DNA of 64,000 bases from an uncultured Bdellovibrionales bacterium (GTDB lineage: Bacteria; Patescibacteriota; Minisyncoccia; Moranbacterales; UBA1568): the NCBI GenBank assembly GCA_964594215.1, contig CAZQLN010000002.1:41855-105854 (forward strand), read 5' to 3'. Positions 62,716 to 64,000 of this stretch are shown here, piece after piece. A model generated the notes under the pieces. The model was given only the letters and a program-made list of their open reading frames with translations, searched no databases and was not told where the DNA came from. Position numbers and translations under genes: made by a program. Within the stretch, counting starts at the first letter, position 1. The number at the start of each line of letters is the position of its first letter.

Positions 62716-62806
62716 AAAAGCTAAGGCTTTTCTAAGAACCCACGGTTCTCAGCGCTTTGCTGCTCTCCTCCAACTGAAAAACAAATGTTTTTCCGACCCT
62801 TTTCCT

Positions 62807-62819
62807 GTTCGATTCCCCT
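62807..62819. repeat. Inverted 13-nt fragment of the tRNA-Gly T-arm
   Basis: GTTCGATTCCCCT on the plus strand equals the sense T-arm of the minus-strand tRNA-Gly. Confidence 0.4.
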
Positions 62820-62838
62820 ACAAGAGACAAAAAGCAAA

Positions 62839-62870
62839 ACCACCCATTAAAGGGTGGTCTTACTTTTTTG
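62839..62870. terminator. Terminator hairpin downstream of tRNA-Gly
   Basis: ACCACCC-attaaa-GGGTGGT with T6 on plus and a T-rich stretch on minus. Confidence 0.5.
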
Positions 62871-62943
62871 AGCGGGTAAGGGGAATCGAACCCCTGTCCT
62901 CAGCTTGGAAGGCTGATGTAATGAGCCATTATACAATACCCGC
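62871..62943 (-). tRNA. tRNA-Gly (anticodon TCC), 73 nt, CCA not encoded
   Basis: Hand fold: acceptor GCGGGTA/TACCCGC, anticodon stem TCAGC/GCTGA, loop CUUCCAA (U33, UCC, A37), T-arm AGGGG-TTCGATT-CCCCT, discriminator U. Confidence 0.8.
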
Positions 62944-62952
62944 TTGTTGAAG

Positions 62953-63681
62953 CTATTTTTTCAAATTTGCTGAATCCAGTCCAGTGAATGGATCTTTATG
63001 CCACTGATTTTCCGGTACTCCCATTTCAGCTAGCATCTTTTCCATGGCTTCTAGGAAGGATGGCGAACCTACAATATAGTACACGCATTCCTGCGGCTTG
63101 TCTATATAGCGTTCAATAAGCGCTCTATCTATATATCCCTTCTCCTCTTGGTCAGTCAAGGGTCTTTCTTCTTGAGAAAAAACGTCTACATAGCGAAAAT
63201 TAGCCAATGAAAGCCCTCTGAGTTCATCTCGGTGAGGGGCATCCTCGCGGGTACGGTTAGCATTGAATAGAATGAATTTTCGTGCACTCTTGCCTTGAGC
63301 TTCTTCACAAAGCTGACTTCGTACTGGAGTGATCCCAACTCCTCCGACCAGAAATACTACCTCCCGTGTATCAGTTGGATCTAACACAAATTTTCCAATC
63401 GGTGGAGTAATACTTACGGTATCTCCTGGTTGCATACTCCAAAATGTTTTCTTGAAACCACTTTCGCTCTGACGCATAGTAAAAGCGATAAAATTCTCAC
63501 AAGGTGAAGAACATATGGAAAGTGAACGCACACCGGCGCGAGCGTCAGGCGCTACGAGATTATCCAGCTTCAGAGCAACATATTGCCCAGCAATAAAATG
63601 AAAGTTGGCTGGTTTATCAAAAAAGAACGTTTTCGTTCCGTAAGCAGAGTCTTCTATTTTTTGGAGAGTCAAAGTAATCAT
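62953..63681 (-). CDS. Ferredoxin-NADP reductase-like FAD/NAD(P)-binding oxidoreductase
   Basis: RSLSICSSP (RxYS-type FAD motif), VFLVGGVGITP NAD(P)-binding motif; 242 aa. Confidence 0.7.
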   Translation of the reverse strand: MITLTLQKIEDSAYGTKTFFFDKPANFHFIAGQYVALKLDNLVAPDARAGVRSLSICSSPCENFIAFTMRQSESGFKKTFWSMQPGDTVSITPPIGKFVLDPTDTREVVFLVGGVGITPVRSQLCEEAQGKSARKFILFNANRTREDAPHRDELRGLSLANFRYVDVFSQEERPLTDQEEKGYIDRALIERYIDKPQECVYYIVGSPSFLEAMEKMLAEMGVPENQWHKDPFTGLDSANLKK

Positions 63682-63720
63682 GTATGTATTTTGGCTGTAT
63701 TGAAGAGTCTTGTCAAAGTT

Positions 63721-64000
63721 CTAAACTATTTCACGAAAAATCTTTTCATAAGCATCGACCTCAAGAAGCATCACAAGCGTTTTGGCTAACTTATGTCCAT
63801 CGTGACGGATCAGTGATCGCGTACCGGAAATAACATCACCTTTCTGGCGAACTACTTTTTTGGTATTGAGAAAATCACTTGCCACTACTCGATACTTTGT
63901 TCGTGTCGCTGTTTTCTGAAATCCTACCAATTCACTATCTTCCTTCCGGTATTCCTCAAGAAGTTTCTCCGCTGGCCGTTTTTTATTATAGGTAACAAAA
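63721..64000 (-). CDS. Hypothetical protein, C-terminal part only (ORF stays open to the window end)
   Basis: The frame has no stop between 63931 and 64000, so the gene continues beyond the window. Confidence 0.35.
   Translation of the reverse strand, partial: FVTYNKKRPAEKLLEEYRKEDSELVGFQKTATRTKYRVVASDFLNTKKVVRQKGDVISGTRSLIRHDGHKLAKTLVMLLEVDAYEKIFREIV

Overview
This window is a gene-dense stretch of core genome, almost entirely on the minus strand, from a small-genome bacterium. The first ~17.6 kb is one contiguous str-S10-spc ribosomal superoperon, transcribed from high to low coordinates in this order: rpsL, rpsG, fusA, an inserted small ORF, tuf, rpsJ, rplC/D/W/B, rpsS, rplV, rpsC, rplP, rpmC, rpsQ, rplN/X/E, rpsZ (Zn-type S14), rpsH, rplF/R, rpsE, rplO, secY, adk, map, then a partial ruvX. 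There is no L30 gene between S5 and L15. After that come an M50 protease, rpmB, tRNA-Pro(GGG), ndk, a ComEC split in two, nrdR, ftsZ, ftsA, dgkA, ybeY, yqeY, rpsU, a HIT protein, hisS, lepB, an LCP protein, pth, rplY, gyrB, efp, rpsR-ssb-rpsF, a coiled-coil lytic transglycosylase, recA, a RodZ-like protein, ftsK, rpoC and rpoB. The last ~13 kb is more accessory. It holds a cell-envelope cluster (amidase_2, small membrane proteins, a secreted lamin-tail-domain/PKD protein, DUF4012), a thrS lacking the editing domains, a block of three uncharacterised genes (RNHCP zinc ribbon, 430 aa and 406 aa), a YhhQ-type transporter, tRNA-Gly(TCC) with nearby tRNA-derived fragments, and an FNR-like oxidoreductase. 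The missing L30, the many K/A-rich extensions on translation proteins, and the DUF4012 and lamin-tail proteins fit a Patescibacteria/CPR-like organism with the standard genetic code (full-length rpoB, rpoC and fusA). The ORF-track starts are sometimes TTG/GTG-extended (for example the 17629 and 20523 starts are TTG), so several N-termini were re-set to the first plausible start. Two promoters match TTGACA-N17-TATTAT exactly and many rho-independent terminators are visible. Most notable are: an 800-bp insertion carrying a Shine-Dalgarno-equipped CxxC ORF between fusA and tuf; a ComEC interrupted at an A6 run; a perfect 25-bp inverted-repeat element beside rplY; a structured 220-nt spacer between rpsJ and rplC; tRNA-Gly fragment repeats; and the uncharacterised three-gene block at 58.4-61.4 kb.
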